Source: Camelus dromedarius
Lineage: Eukaryota
Assembly: GCF_036321535.1 (NCBI RefSeq)
Contig: NC_087437.1
Coordinates: 57,042,001 to 57,106,000 of the forward strand
Direction: 5' to 3'
Length of the DNA stretch: 64,000 nt
Below, in pieces: positions 1 to 12,609 of this stretch. The notes below the pieces were generated by a model that saw only the letters and a list, made by a program, of their open reading frames with translations, searched no databases and was not told the origin of the DNA. The first letter of the stretch is position 1, and the number at the start of each line of letters is the position of its first letter. The position numbers and the translations under genes were made by a program.

Positions 1-530
1 AATCAGTCATGTCTGTGTAATGAAACTTTGGTAGAAACTCTGAAACAAGGTTAAGGGAACTTCTAGGTAGGCACACAGATGTACTGGGGAGGGTGGTGTG
101 CCCAGAGAGGGCTTGGGAGCTCTGCACACTCCCACTCCCCCAATGCCTTGCCTTATGTATCTCTTCCATTGGCTATTCATGAAATGTGGCCTTTATAATA
201 AAACTCTAAGTGTAAGTACAGTACTTTCCTAAGTTTGGTGAGTCAGTATAGCAAATTTTTGAAACTGATGGGTGCATTATGGGAACCCCTTTGAACTTAT
301 AGTTGGCCAAGCTGAAGTTAAGGTAGCCAGGAGACCCCTTTTTTGATGGGTATCGAAGTAGAGGCACTCTTGTGGGACTGCCTTAACCTGTGGGGTCAAC
401 CCTTAACCTGTGGGGTCAACACTAACTCCAGGTAGTTATCATCAACATTGAATTGAATTGAATTGAATTGAATTGTAGGCCATCCAGTTGGTATTAGAGA
501 ATTGTTTACTGTTGGAAAACCAAACACCCT
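1..530 (+). mobile_element. ERV LTR, MER21-like, 5' part outside the window
   Basis: Colinear with the recalled MER21 consensus: 'ccttatgtatctcttccatt...cctttataataaaac...gggaacccc...cttgtgggactg..ccttaacctgtgggg...ctccaggtag...gaattgaattg'. Contains AATAAA. Confidence 0.8.
447..475. repeat. (ATTGA)n pentanucleotide microsatellite expanded within the LTR
   Basis: attgaattgaattgaattgaattgaattg seen directly. Confidence 0.9.
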
Positions 531-1059
531 TTTTCTAGTCTCCTCAAAAATGATGGAAAGTTTAAAACGAAGGCATGGTAAATAATATATCTAAAATCAT
601 GCTGCAATTTACACTGGAAGGTAGCAAAGCCAGCAGGAGACTTCAGGCCTCCTAATCCCCTGACTATCAGTGCACTAGTCTTTTCTCTACACCACACTTC
701 CTTCTACTACATATTTGTTTATGTATTTGCTTTTGACTTACCAGTAGAGCTCAGCCTTCTGTGGGGGATAAGAGTTAGATGTTAGGATGACTGGGAAATT
801 TACAAGGGGTAGGAATTATCTATAGTTTTAAAACTACCTGCCACAGTAGAGGATTGAGAGGATCAAATGATTATTCTGAATTCCCAGATATCAGTAGATC
901 TTCTAAGATTTCCAAAGAGAATTCTAGTGAATTATAATTTGGAGGAAAAAAAAAAACCTCTCATAAAAATGGCAAATGTTTAAAGAAAGAAGAGAGGAAC
1001 TGTCAAAAATGACTTACATTTCAATGGGACTTTGAAATGTAATTTTATGAAGCCCTATC

Positions 1060-1255
1060 TCATCCATTATCTCTTTTACCGTTAACAACACCGTGAGCTT
1101 AATTAAACTGTAGAATACACTTTGACAGGTGAAGAAACCAAGGCTTGGGGACTAGGTGGTCAAATAATCTACCCAAGGTGAAGAGCTATGTGGTGGACCA
1201 AGGATGGACTCTTTGGCTTTTGACTTCTTTTGTATCATTGCTACCTCCAGCATCA
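1060..1255 (-). mobile_element. MIR SINE fragment
   Basis: Reverse MIR core 'tttgacaggtgaagaaaccaaggcttgggg...ctacccaaggt..agagct'. Confidence 0.6.
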
Positions 1256-1784
1256 CAGGAGACCATGATACTGTAATTCATGCCATAAATGAAAGAGTAG
1301 GACACTAACAAAATGGCTTCTCTGATGCTAATGCTATTTGCTGATTCCTTCTGACTTAAAATTCTTGCAACTTGTTTTTCTCTGACAAACCATTACATTA
1401 CATTCTCCACTCCCTATGATTTCTTTATCCAGAATAGCTTATCCTTTAACCCAGAATCTGTGCTCCAGGAAGGTAGTCATGGGCTGATAGCCTTAGAAGA
1501 ATGAACAGACCCTACAGAGTTTCTCTGTGACATCAGGTGGATTCATCAAGACTAAGAAGATTACAGCACCCCAGAAAAATGTCCTGTTTATTGTTGCCTT
1601 TCTGTTCTGCCCAGCTTTCCTATAAACCTCAGGACACCAACCCAAGGTGGATTCACAGTCTCTAAGGCATTAGCCTGCTGGAAATCCCCTTTGCCTGACA
1701 AAGCAATAAAGCTGCCCTTGTCTGATACCCCGAAAACTCTGCCTCCAGGTCTAAATTCATTTTCAGACAGAGGCTGGTTTTTGG

Positions 1785-1900
1785 GCAACATAAACATTTA
1801 CTGAGAGTCAACCATGCATTGTATGGTGGATACTAGGAAGATGAATAAGATGCAGTCTCATTCTTCAAATGGTTTATTGTCTAGTGTAGGTAACAGACGT
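1785..1900 (-). mobile_element. L2 LINE 3' end fragment
   Basis: 'aacatttactgagagtcaaccatg...gatgaataagatgcagtctc...gtctagtg' matches the reverse L2 tail. Confidence 0.55.
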
Positions 1901-2039
1901 TTAAATGTATTCAGTGTCGTGATTCAGTGGTGGAGGTTCATTTAGAGTACTGCAGGAGCAAAATGGAGGCCAGCCGCAGCTTTCCCCTGAGCTGTCAACC
2001 TACCTCTCATTCTTCTCTCCCCTCTTACTCTAGGTCTTT

Positions 2040-2765
2040 CTATCCATTCTCCTCACAGAAGCTGGAATCATCCTTCAAAATGCAAATTAGATTGTGTTGG
2101 TCTGGTCATGGTCTTCTATTTAAAATCCTCAAAAGCCTTCCCATTACTGAACCTAGAATCAAATTCACTCCCCTTTCTAAGACCTACAGTACCCTATAAT
2201 ATCTGACCTCTGTCTATTATTCAAGCTTTCGGTGTTAGCATTTTCTACACTATTCACTGTGCTCCAGCCACATTGCCCTTCTTTGCACATGTCAAATATA
2301 ACAAGCTTATTCCAACTAATTTCCATCTTAGGGCCTCTGTGCCAGAAATATTCTGGACCATTTACTTGGAATGCTCTTGGCTCATATTTTTGCCCAATTG
2401 TGCTCGCTCTCTCTCACTCGCTCTCTCATCTGTTTATTTTTGTCATTCAGGTCACAACTCAAATACCCCTTTTCAGGGAACTCTTCCCCAGTGACCTTAA
2501 TTACAATGCCCTCCAAAACTGACAGTCCTGAATCACACCACTTTATTTTATCTTCTCGACACCACTTAACATTCTCTAAAGTTATCTGGTTTATTGATGT
2601 TTATTCATCCGTCTCTCCCCTGCACTATACCCACTGGTTCCTCCTCCTTCTATTAAAATATAAGCGCCATGAGGTCTGAGGACAGCGCATCTCATATTGA
2701 CAGTGGTATCCCCAGTGTTTAAAGTATTGCCTGGCACATGGTAAGCACTTGATGTTTATTTTATA
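2040..2765 (+). mobile_element. L2 LINE 3' region
   Basis: L2 hallmarks 'gctccagccacattgcc...tcattcaggtc..actcaaat...taagcgccatgagg...gtatccccagtg...tgcctggcacatggtaagcact'. Confidence 0.8.
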
Positions 2766-3769
2766 AATACATACATTTTCCTAGGAGGGTTGGGTGAAAA
2801 TTTCAATTAGGAGGTGACATTTTGAAGAATGAAGCTCCAGCCAGAGGGGCTTCCAAGAAGAGAAAAGCCTTGTTTGTGTATTGAATCTAGAATTACATAT
2901 ACTCAGGAAATATTCATCAAATCCGCAAATCTGGGACAAAGTTCCTTTTTCTGATAAATATGCTTCATAAATATAAAATACATTTTAATTTAGATTCCTC
3001 ATTGTTTTTCTTTCTTCTGCTTGAGGTGTAAACTATGCAGTCTATCCAAATAGGACATCGACTAAATCTTTGAAGGAGTTTATTGCTGATTCCACAGATA
3101 AGACTGCTTTGCAGAGGAGTGAGAGTGCAATGCTTTATTCTGCCACTGACTTGCCTTCTCCCACCTTCCTGACTCCCCTTCTGCCTTTCATTTCTCTATT
3201 TTTTCCTCCCTACCTGCGCTCAGGCTGGCCAGTGACACCTAGAGGCTGTCACTGCTGGCAGCTGTTTGGGAGGATGCCTTTGTTGCTGTTATTGAAGAAG
3301 TCCACATACTGCAATTGTACCTGCCAGGTCACCTAAGTGAAAGCTAAACAGAGGATAGAAGCTATTATTCCAGCAATTCAAGTGAAATAAAGTGCTTTAT
3401 TGCCAGGCAGTTTTGCTTCTTTCACTGCTTTGTTCTGGCTGTGGGGACAGATTGAACTGAGCTTCTGAGAAAGCCCAAGGTACCTTTGTGGAACTGCCAG
3501 CTGTTCCTCCATTTTCTCTCTCATGCCATCTGTGCCTTGGTTAAAAAAAAAAACTGTCCCTAGGTGTATGGTGGGTTGGGAGTGAGGATGATGTGAAAGT
3601 ACTTATTGCACCAAGCTAGCCCGTATTTGTGACCTAGCATTAATGAAGTCAGGCAGTTTTATTACTGTAGAAAAGCACTGTAGTGTTCACTCCTAAGCAT
3701 TTTGATATGAATATACTAGGGCATCTTTTCAACTTTTTTACAGAATGTGCTTTATGTTACTTTTATTTA

Positions 3770-4300
3770 TTTCAAATAACACTTATTGGTACTTATTATC
3801 AAGACCCCATGCTATGTGGGATGTAGAGATGAGTAAGTAATTGAATCTAGAAGGAGGATGCAGGGCAAGTGTGTGTGTATTTGTGTGCATGTGTATGTGT
3901 GTGTGTATTACATAAAATAATAACAGAGTTTTAAGTAGCCTCCTATAGGGAATTTAAAGGAGGTTAAGATCTCAATATGGTAGTGGTTACAAAACAAAAA
4001 TCAGCCTCAGGGCAGCAGATTCCTGAATGATCAGCTGAAGTTAAATAGGATAACACTGGGTTAGGGAAGTCATTTTAGCTTTAAGGTAATGACCTGAAGG
4101 TGAGAAACCATGATGCATGTTCAGAAAATGAAACAGGGCAGTTTGGCTGGAAAGTATGGTGTCAGTTCAGGATACTGGAAATGAGATTGGAGAGATAGAA
4201 ATGAGATATATTGTGGAACTCTTTAAATGACAAGGAAATGACTATCTTTTGGCTAATCGGAAATCCAAGAGCTTTCAAGTAGGTAGTTGACAGGTTTGGA
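3770..4300 (-). mobile_element. Degraded L2 with embedded imperfect (TG)n at ~3869-3906
   Basis: 'acttattggtacttattatc...gagatgagtaag' then purine-rich reverse L2 'cagtttggctggaa...gaaatgagattggagag'. Confidence 0.5.
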
Positions 4301-4784
4301 GGTAAGTCTAAATAGATTAATTTACTAAATCATACCCTAGAAACGGGACAGCCAGAACAGAGACAGTGAAACCACATGAGGTGTTTTCTTGCGTGGTACT
4401 GGAGCGCTGGAGTAGGCACGAGAACGGGAGTGGGTCAGGTGGACTCATCGTCCCGGGGAGGCCACGTACCCAGGCTGCTCAGTTTATGGTAGTTAGGAAG
4501 GGAGGATTGATCTCATCCACAGAAAGGGTAAGGAGGTAGGTCCACAAAACACAAAGACCACTGGTTACTTGCTGGTGTCCCATCCTGTTTTGAGACCCTC
4601 TCTGCTGAGTAAGTAATTTAAATAGACCTTGACTAGTTTTTACGATATGCTCTTATGCCCCAGGCTGCAGAATTAGTTCATACTGTAACTCAAATGGTAA
4701 AAATAGTGAGAAAATTTCTTGGCTTGTGGTGGAGATCACTGTCTGTTGTGCCCTTTAGGCACGTCTCAGTACTAATAAAGCTGG

Positions 4785-5274
4785 TGTGGATGAAAAATGT
4801 TGCCTGCCATATCAGTAACAAAGGATGTTGTGGCCCTCAGGATGTTGTGGCCACCCCTGACTGCACACCCTGAGGGAATTCAGGATGGAGAAAAACAGGC
4901 TACTGGCCCTAGATAGTTAAGGAAATATCAAAGGAATGTTTTCAATGAGCCCAGACTCTTGCTTCTTCCTGTACATAGAAAAGCACTAAATTCATTAACT
5001 TGAGATGTCTGTTTATCTTTTATTATGGTTAAAGAGAGTAACACTGTCTTTCAATGGTCCAATTACCTATTTTTTCTTTCTTTCTTTCTTTCTTTCTTTC
5101 TTTTTTTTTTTTTTTTTTTTTTTTTTGGTAAAAATTCCTACATAGCCTGCCTCCTTCTCTGCCTCTTTGGAGCAGCACCTCTAGGAGGCTGCCTCCCAGG
5201 CTTAAGTCCTCAGCAAATCTGCCGAATAAAACATAATTCTCAACTTTTAGGTTGTGCTGCTTTTTCAGCTGACA
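4785..5274 (+). mobile_element. Solo ERV1-class LTR with 4-bp TSD CTGG
   Basis: TG...CA ends with imperfect inverted termini (tgtggatgaaaaa / tttttcagctgaca), CTGG at 4781-4784 and 5275-5278, AATAAA at 5225-5230, internal (TTTC)n/polyT at ~5070-5126. Confidence 0.85.
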
Positions 5275-5278
5275 CTGG

Positions 5279-5360
5279 GTATGATAAAAAGTCCATAGGC
5301 TTTAAGGTCACGGACCTGAGTTTGAATCTTGGATCTGCTGCTCAGTTATGGTGTGACCGT
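5279..5360 (+). mobile_element. MIR SINE 5' fragment
   Basis: 'ggctttaaggtcacggacctgagtttgaatcttggatctgc...tgtgacc' is a MIR head with a B-box remnant. Confidence 0.65.
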
Positions 5361-8249
5361 GAGAAAATGAAAGGAAATGTATGTATAAGCTCAGGCTTTT
5401 GAGAGGAGTTCACTAAATATGAAGTGTTTTCCCATTTATTCCTCAAGATACTTGGCAATCCTCAATTGAAATACCATATACTTTCAGTAGAATACTTTCT
5501 TTTAGCCAGGTTTGTATGCATGTGGATTGTGTTTTCCTGAATTTTATCTCAAGAAGATATGTTCTGAAATGCCAAGGGGATCTTGCCATAAGACTGTCTT
5601 CCTTAGAGCAGCCATAGAGCTGATTGTTCCACCAGAAGTCAGCCGTGTTAGAAAGCAATGCCTAATCCAGGAACCTGAAAGAAATCAGAGTTAATGAAAC
5701 TCAGGCTGATGGTTTCGTAGGACGTTTACCAAAATGCCAAAACTCTTCATCATAGTCCCTGTCAGAGTTTGGAGAGAGTATGTGGGTTGGAAGGTCTGGA
5801 ATGTACAAAGTTATCAGTGAATTATAGTCTGCTCCTGCCATATATGGACACCAGGTTCATAACTTAAGGAAGAAACTGATGTGTAGAGACAACTGGGTTA
5901 GATAGATGCTTTTTTATATGAGTATTATCCAAGTCCCTGGGACTGATGTGTTAATAAAAAATAGTTTTATGAGAGACCTGAGAGCTTTGTATAATACTTA
6001 GAGCTTTATCACATGAGTATCACAATTTAAGACTAATAGTAAGATTTACATCTAACAAATTATGGCTTGATTGAGTGAAGACTCACATTTTATCAAAGTG
6101 GCTAAGCATAATAACCATTTCTGGTTTGGCTGTAAAAGGAAGTTTTATATTTAGTAGAAGAAGGACTAATAGACTTCTAAGGACCTTTTCATGAATTGCT
6201 TGAATAAACTGGGTTTGTCACAAGACTTTAATAATAGAAAAGTGCCAGTCCCTGTAGCATCTTAAGCTGTCTGTGCTTAAATTTGCCTTTAAACTTCAAC
6301 TGGAGAATTTTTTTAGGTATTAGGCTTCAACAACTGCAGGAGACAGTCACTGAAGTTACCCACTGTTAGGTTAATAAACACCAATACATCTATTTTAAGT
6401 TAGTTAGTTCACACTTACTTAAGATCCTCCTGTCTCATTACACATAAATTAAATGCATAGTTGGGAAACTAAACTGAAAACATTTTCCAGAATTTATACA
6501 AAGCATGAATACAAAATATGTTAATGGCAGCGGGAGGCAGAGCAATTTCAATACTGTGATGTTGAGCAAAAAGCATGTTGCTATGTTGGTTTGCAAAACC
6601 CAGAGCAAAAGACAATTAAACATCTCTATTAAATGCACGTTTTGTTATTCTGTGGAAAAAAATCAAAGGCACACGTGGCATTGTCATGGCAACGAAGGAA
6701 TTTTTCCATCTATAATCACTACATGCAAATTTAGTAACATTGATTTCATTTCACCTATTTCTGGGGCTATAGTTCAGTGTATTTCTGCCTGGTTAGTTCA
6801 AAGATTGTTAATGTAGGTTAAATTGAAGTTAATTGAAGATGCAATATAAAGAGCTGAACCGTAGCTAAAAAATATGCTACAACTGAAAAAAAATATGATG
6901 GCCAATGTTTAGAAAAGGAAAGAACAATCAACACATTTACTCAGTTGATTTCTAAAGCTTGAAATTTAAGTGAGAGGTTTTGTCTTGGATATGGCAGTTA
7001 GTGACCATAAATAAAAAGTGTTGGGAACTTAACTAGGGTTCTAATTCCATACTAGGGACCCAGTGTCTGCCTTACAGTCAAGTATTGATTTCTCTAACCC
7101 ATACAAGAATTTTTTAAAAATAAAGAAACAATTTTTGGAATGTTCCCTATTGCTTGATCTATAAGACTTACCTGGGACGTAGTTCCTATGTTATTACTGC
7201 TATGATTCTCCTTTCTTCTTTCCTGGTCTTCCAAGATTCCCAGAGGAGTGGGGAGCAAAACTGATAGCAGGGGATATTCCCTGCTTTCCTCATAGACATG
7301 CCCATAATTTATAGAAATAGATGTATTTCTTCAAAAATTTTGAGAATTCTTGATCTAAAGAATTGAAGAATAACAAAGGATTTTTTTACTATTGTCCTTC
7401 CATGTTGAATATATTATTTAGTAAGTTTTAAAACATGAGTTGAAGTAACAGGAAAAAAGCAATGTAATTTTTATATTAAAGGGATATAATTTCATTTGGA
7501 GTTATTATTTTAAGAATATTACATTCATGAGGGGGCTAGAGAGTCATCAAGAGTCAGTTGAATCTCTGAGATTAAAATAGATCCCCCAGTCTATTTGCCT
7601 TAGTATTATAAGTATTATAAGCATTCTGCATTTTAGATCAACTGGAATTGTCAGGTGATGATGACCATATTAGTTTCAGTGATGAGATGGCCTTGGTCTG
7701 ATGGCATGGAAGGATTGCTGCTCATCTATTTTCTAAATTAATGTTAAGACTTGAATATCAAAAGGAAAACCAAACGAAGAATCAGGATAGAATAGTAATA
7801 TAGTTCAAAGATTAGGCTTCTCTTCTGGGGATACAGTCATGTCTTTGCAATTTTATTTTCCTATACATAGAATTACTGTGGATGTAGGTATTGACTTACG
7901 TGAATAATTTAAGGAGTAATAGATAAGAGATGGCTGTAATTTGCAGTGTTAAAATAATCTTTTTTCCCCCTTTTTTCCCTCCTTTATTCCACTTTAGAAG
8001 TCATTTTTAAGTAGAAAGGAAGATGAATCAACAGTAGTTAGGTGACAACAATGAAGGTTAAGATAGGCAACTTGCAGGAAAAAAGAGCGTTTTGTCAATA
8101 AGTTAGGAATTTGACTTTATCTAAAGTAGAAAATTTTTATAATAGGAAACTCAGATAGCATCAAGCTCTCTAAAGGGAAGAGTGACAGCATACAGAACAG
8201 AAGCAGATACATAAGGGATATAATAGAAATCCTCAAATCCCTCATGTAG

Positions 8250-8408
8250 AAGTGTGACACCTGAGTTTTTGTTCCTATTCTCTTCAAGTTGGGTTATGTG
8301 ACCTTGGGTAAAGTCCCTTTACATTTCTGATTCTTAGAGTCCTTATGTATGAAGTGAGTTGGTTGGAAAGGAAGATTTCAAGATTCCTTAAATCTCTGGC
8401 ATTCTACA
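8250..8408 (+). mobile_element. MIR (MIR3-like) SINE
   Basis: 'acctgagttt...atgtgaccttgggtaaagtcccttta...agatttcaagattcctt..ctctggcattcta'. Confidence 0.65.
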
Positions 8409-9689
8409 GCATGGCCACCAAGTCTGGAAACACAGATCATTGTATGATCTCTTTTTGATATTTTTTGTTTTCTTTCCTTTTATTTTATGGGGATTCATTT
8501 GTATTATTTACACAAGTGTCAGTCTTTTGATTCATGAGAAACTTAAAAAAATGGTGGCTTCACTACAGACCTACTAAGAAGTACTCTTCCAAAAGTGAAC
8601 AGTGATAACAATGAACCAGAGTCATTTTGATTTCATATAAATTGAAGCAAAAGTCACTTCATCTTATTAGAGTCTTTCAGGCTTCCAGGAGCCTGGAATG
8701 TCATATGACACTTGTCATGTTTGACTTTTGTAGTTTGGTCTTTGGAATACTCACCTACCCCTCTTACTGGACTCCCGAGTTCCTCAAGGGCAAGATCATA
8801 TCTGAATGTCCCTCTTTTGCTAGTGTATATTTAATCATTAAAGATAACTAACTTGGTACAGGAATCTCTTCTTGTTGATTTATTAGACATTTCCCTTACC
8901 TAGAAAAGAGTAGGAATGATGAAGAACAGGAATATATAGTAGTAGACTACTAGGCAAAGACAATGAGTCATTTAAATTCCCTCATCAAGGAAAGGCAGCA
9001 CACTTTCATATGCACTTAGCAGATGTTCAGTTGCTCTCCTTTGTGCTTGACTTTGATGAGAGTTACATGATGTCTAAATTTAAACTTCCAATGAGTCAGT
9101 TATTTAACTTCTAAGGTAGGGAGGAGGTATCACTCCCATCATAGAAACGTTTTGAGGATCAGCTATTATAGTGCTGGGCTCTAAAATATCTTGCATGGAA
9201 ATCCTGTCATTTTAAATATTTTATTAGTGTTTACTCAGCAGGTCAGTATTTTCCTCCTTATTTTATGGATAGAGGAGCAGAGATGATGACTGGGAAAGAA
9301 GTGGAATAGACAATACTGCAGATAAAGAAGCTAAAAAGGCCCAGAGACATCCAGTGACTTGCCTGAGGTCATCCACACACTCAGTAATATAACTGGCACT
9401 AACAATGAGGTGTCCGTATCCCTGTTTTAATGTTCTTTGATCTGTGCTACCTTATACCCCTGAAGTACTTTCAAGCCTCTACTTACTATGCTGTGTCTCT
9501 TGGGCCCACATTGCCCTTTTCTTAGACATAGGAAAGTCAATAATGAGGATTAAAGATGTGATCTGATCTGTTACCAAAATTGGAGAGATTTGTTTTGGAT
9601 ACAGGGGCTAAAGATCACCATATAGATGAAAGACATTACCAAGCCATGCAGTGGATAAGTAGGGTCAGTGTGGACGATGTGTCTTTTAA

Positions 9690-9952
9690 AAATAATCATA
9701 ATCTATTATAAAGTACTTACTTTATGCCAGCATTATTTTCATTGCTTTTTCTATTTCAGTTTATTGAATCCTCACTACAATCTACCAGTAGTTACTATTA
9801 TTATTGTCATTCCTACTTTGCAAATGAGGAAACTCGTGCCACAAAGGATAAGGCCCTTGGTTAAGGTCACACAGTTGGTAAGAGCTTAAACTAGGATTGG
9901 AGCCATGTGGTCTGGCTCCACTGCCTGTGCTCCTCCCGACTACACCCTGCTG
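9690..9952 (-). mobile_element. MIR SINE, near full length
   Basis: 'tacttactttatgccagc...aatcctcactacaatc...tttgcaaatgaggaaactc...aaggtcacacagttggtaagag...tctggctcca'. Confidence 0.85.
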
Positions 9953-11115
9953 TCTCTCAAAAAAGCTGTTTCATCTTTGTCTTTTTTCCCTGGAGAAACT
10001 TTAAAAAAATAAAAAAAAAAATACAAAGCACAAAATAAAGTTTATCCTCAGTCCTATCACCCAGAGATAATCACTGTTAATAATAGTGAGCTGCATTGTG
10101 GTTGTTCAACAGCAAATCAAATTGCTTGAAAATGTCCTGCTATGCATTTCAGCTGCTCTGTAATTCAGTGTCTAAAGTCTCTTTCTTTGAATGTTACTAT
10201 ACGTCCAGGGGTGGGGTTGCCTGAGAATATTTTGGGCCCTGTAAAATAAAGGGCTGCCATTTGAAGACTTACTTCCTGTTACATGAAAATAACACTAAGG
10301 TGCATCTTGCCCCTTTGGCCTGCTGACAATATATAGATTGAAATGGGCTTTCTTAAATGAAGTGCTTACCTATAGGCAGATGGAAGCTTCCTATGCATCT
10401 GGCTTACCTCCAGCCATTACTCAGAGGCAGGTGGAAGTTGATACATCAGAGCTGGTGACACTCCCTGAATTCATGTGTCTTGTATTTACAGTCATAAAGT
10501 TTCTCAGACTTCCTGATGAATGTAGCTTTCCATTATGTAAGCAGTGATTCCATCATTACCAATAACATGACAGTAGTGAGGGTAAATCCAAAAGGAGGCC
10601 TTTAAAAAATAGACCACCTTTTCTGGTAACACAACAAGCAGCTTTGAACACCTAGGGCTCACTCTTCTGACTTAGCTCAAAAAGGGAACTGTTAATAAGA
10701 GTCAAAGAAGCTCGGGATAGCATCAGTGCCTAGCTATGCAGTGAGTGGGCATTTCTGGGATCTGACTTGAGTGTCTGAGTGCAAAGCAAGGGCTCATTAT
10801 TTGCATTCAGTGACATTGTGTCACTAAGGAGAAAGTTTTAGGGCAAACAAACAAAGAGAATTTATTGTGTTCTTTAATTTTCTTTTTGTATTTTAGAAAA
10901 TAATTTAATGGGAATGTGCAAAATCTCTTAAGTAAGTGAAATGGGGGAAGGAAGTGCCAGAATCCTTCGGCGTCCTAGAAAATGCATGTGGCTTAAACAT
11001 TACAAATCAATTTTCTTTGCTGTGTTTGTGATATTTCACACATTACCTTTCACTGGTTTATTATACAATCTGTTTTCAAGGAGATATTATTTAATTCTAA
11101 GAAATAAATTGCTTT

Positions 11116-11118
11116 TGT

Positions 11119-11156
<38 letters not shown>
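11116..11156. repeat. (TG)n microsatellite, about 20 units with one interruption
   Basis: Seen directly. Confidence 0.95.
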
Positions 11157-11160
<4 letters not shown>

Positions 11161-12609
11161 TCCTAATGCAATTCTTTTCACTTTAGCTTCCAGTGAATTT
11201 CTAAATAATCTTGGGGATAAAATCTTTTAAAAAAATTATTTGCAAGTAGACAAAAAGACTGACATTTATTCTCTAATTAAATTATAATTCTTATAGCCAA
11301 GTGAGTTACAATCATAGTGAGTTACATAATAAAAAAGGAAAATCAAATAAAGGAACCACAAATTTAATAAAAGATTTCTAAATGGCAATTCTGGCAAGAC
11401 AAAAATGCAAAAATTCCATTTATTGAAATGTTTTTGGAGGGGCCCAGAGCTTATGTTGGAAGCTGGGAAGAAACAAACTTCTGTGAGGTATGGATTCCCC
11501 CTCATGGAACTTATATCCTACTTGGATAATGAAAAGAAGCTAATAAGAGTGAAGACTAAACTTATAAATGTGATTGACATAAAATAGTGGAATTTTATGT
11601 GTAGAAGTTATATTTTATTGCCATATAATTTTCATTATTATTATTGCCTTAAGTTATGGAAGTATCTTACAGAATTTTATAATATGGAAGTAGTCTTTCT
11701 ATTTTGGGGACTGGGAAATTCAGGCACTGATAAATTGAGTAATTTGGCCCTATCACTAACAAAGAGAAGAAAAGTTCTTGAGATACAGGTCTCAAGTTCT
11801 TATTTACCTTTCACATCTTCTGCCATTCTAAGTAACATGCTCTATTTGTCACAGAATCACAGGTTCCAGTCCATCCTTTTTGACACCCTTGGTGTTATTT
11901 GACAATTCTTGGTAAAGAGAAATATTAATACATGACACTAAATCAGGGCAATAGGACCATTTCCATACTTGAAAATGAATGAACATATGACCTAGAAATG
12001 CCTTAGAGACTTTTTTCCTCCAGGAAACTATAAGAAAAGATGGGGCAGAATTTAGTTTAGATACAGAAAAAGTCCTGGAAGATGGGGAAATAAACTGACT
12101 AGAGGACATCAAAGCACTTTTCAATCTTGAATGCCTGTGATTTCTTATGGACTCTATGCTATAATTCTGTAAGTCTTAGAGCTAATAGACTACTACAATG
12201 TGGGTAGAATTAAATTTTTTTCCCTTGCTAAATCTGCAGGAAAGGGAGTCTTTCAAAAAACAATATAATTTCTTGACAACATTCTTTGTCAATGATTACA
12301 ACATATAATACATTCTTGGTCAGCAAAACCACATCACAATCCTGGAGATGCTACAACTAGAATACAACTTCTTCAGCTGACACAGTCCTGCATAAATAGC
12401 AATGTCACCAGTAAAGCTTTGAGTTGGGTAAAGAGGAGAAAAATGAAAACTGGGGTCATTAGATACCTTTCTAAAGGATTACTGTCCACTTACTTTTGTA
12501 CAGACGTCGTGTGTTTGAGCCAAACTATTACTTATCCACTTCTCCTGACTATGATTTATGCCATTTTCATTCTTCACCCCCATAATATTTATTCTTATTA
12601 AAATATCAT

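Noticed and set aside
5025..5402. 125-aa ORF with poly-Phe
   Set aside because: It spans the LTR polyT/(TTTC)n tract and a MIR, so it is a low-complexity artefact.
8964..9098. Two AP-1 sites (TGAGTCA at 8964 and 9092)
   Set aside because: 7-mers recur by chance in 64 kb and there is no supporting context.
12215..12415. Segment with short inverted repeat TTGACAA-cattct-TTGTCAA that looks like an old DNA-transposon relic or exon
   Set aside because: The frames I translated contain stops and gave no recognisable protein, the 7-bp stem is within chance, and I could not assign a family without a Dfam search.
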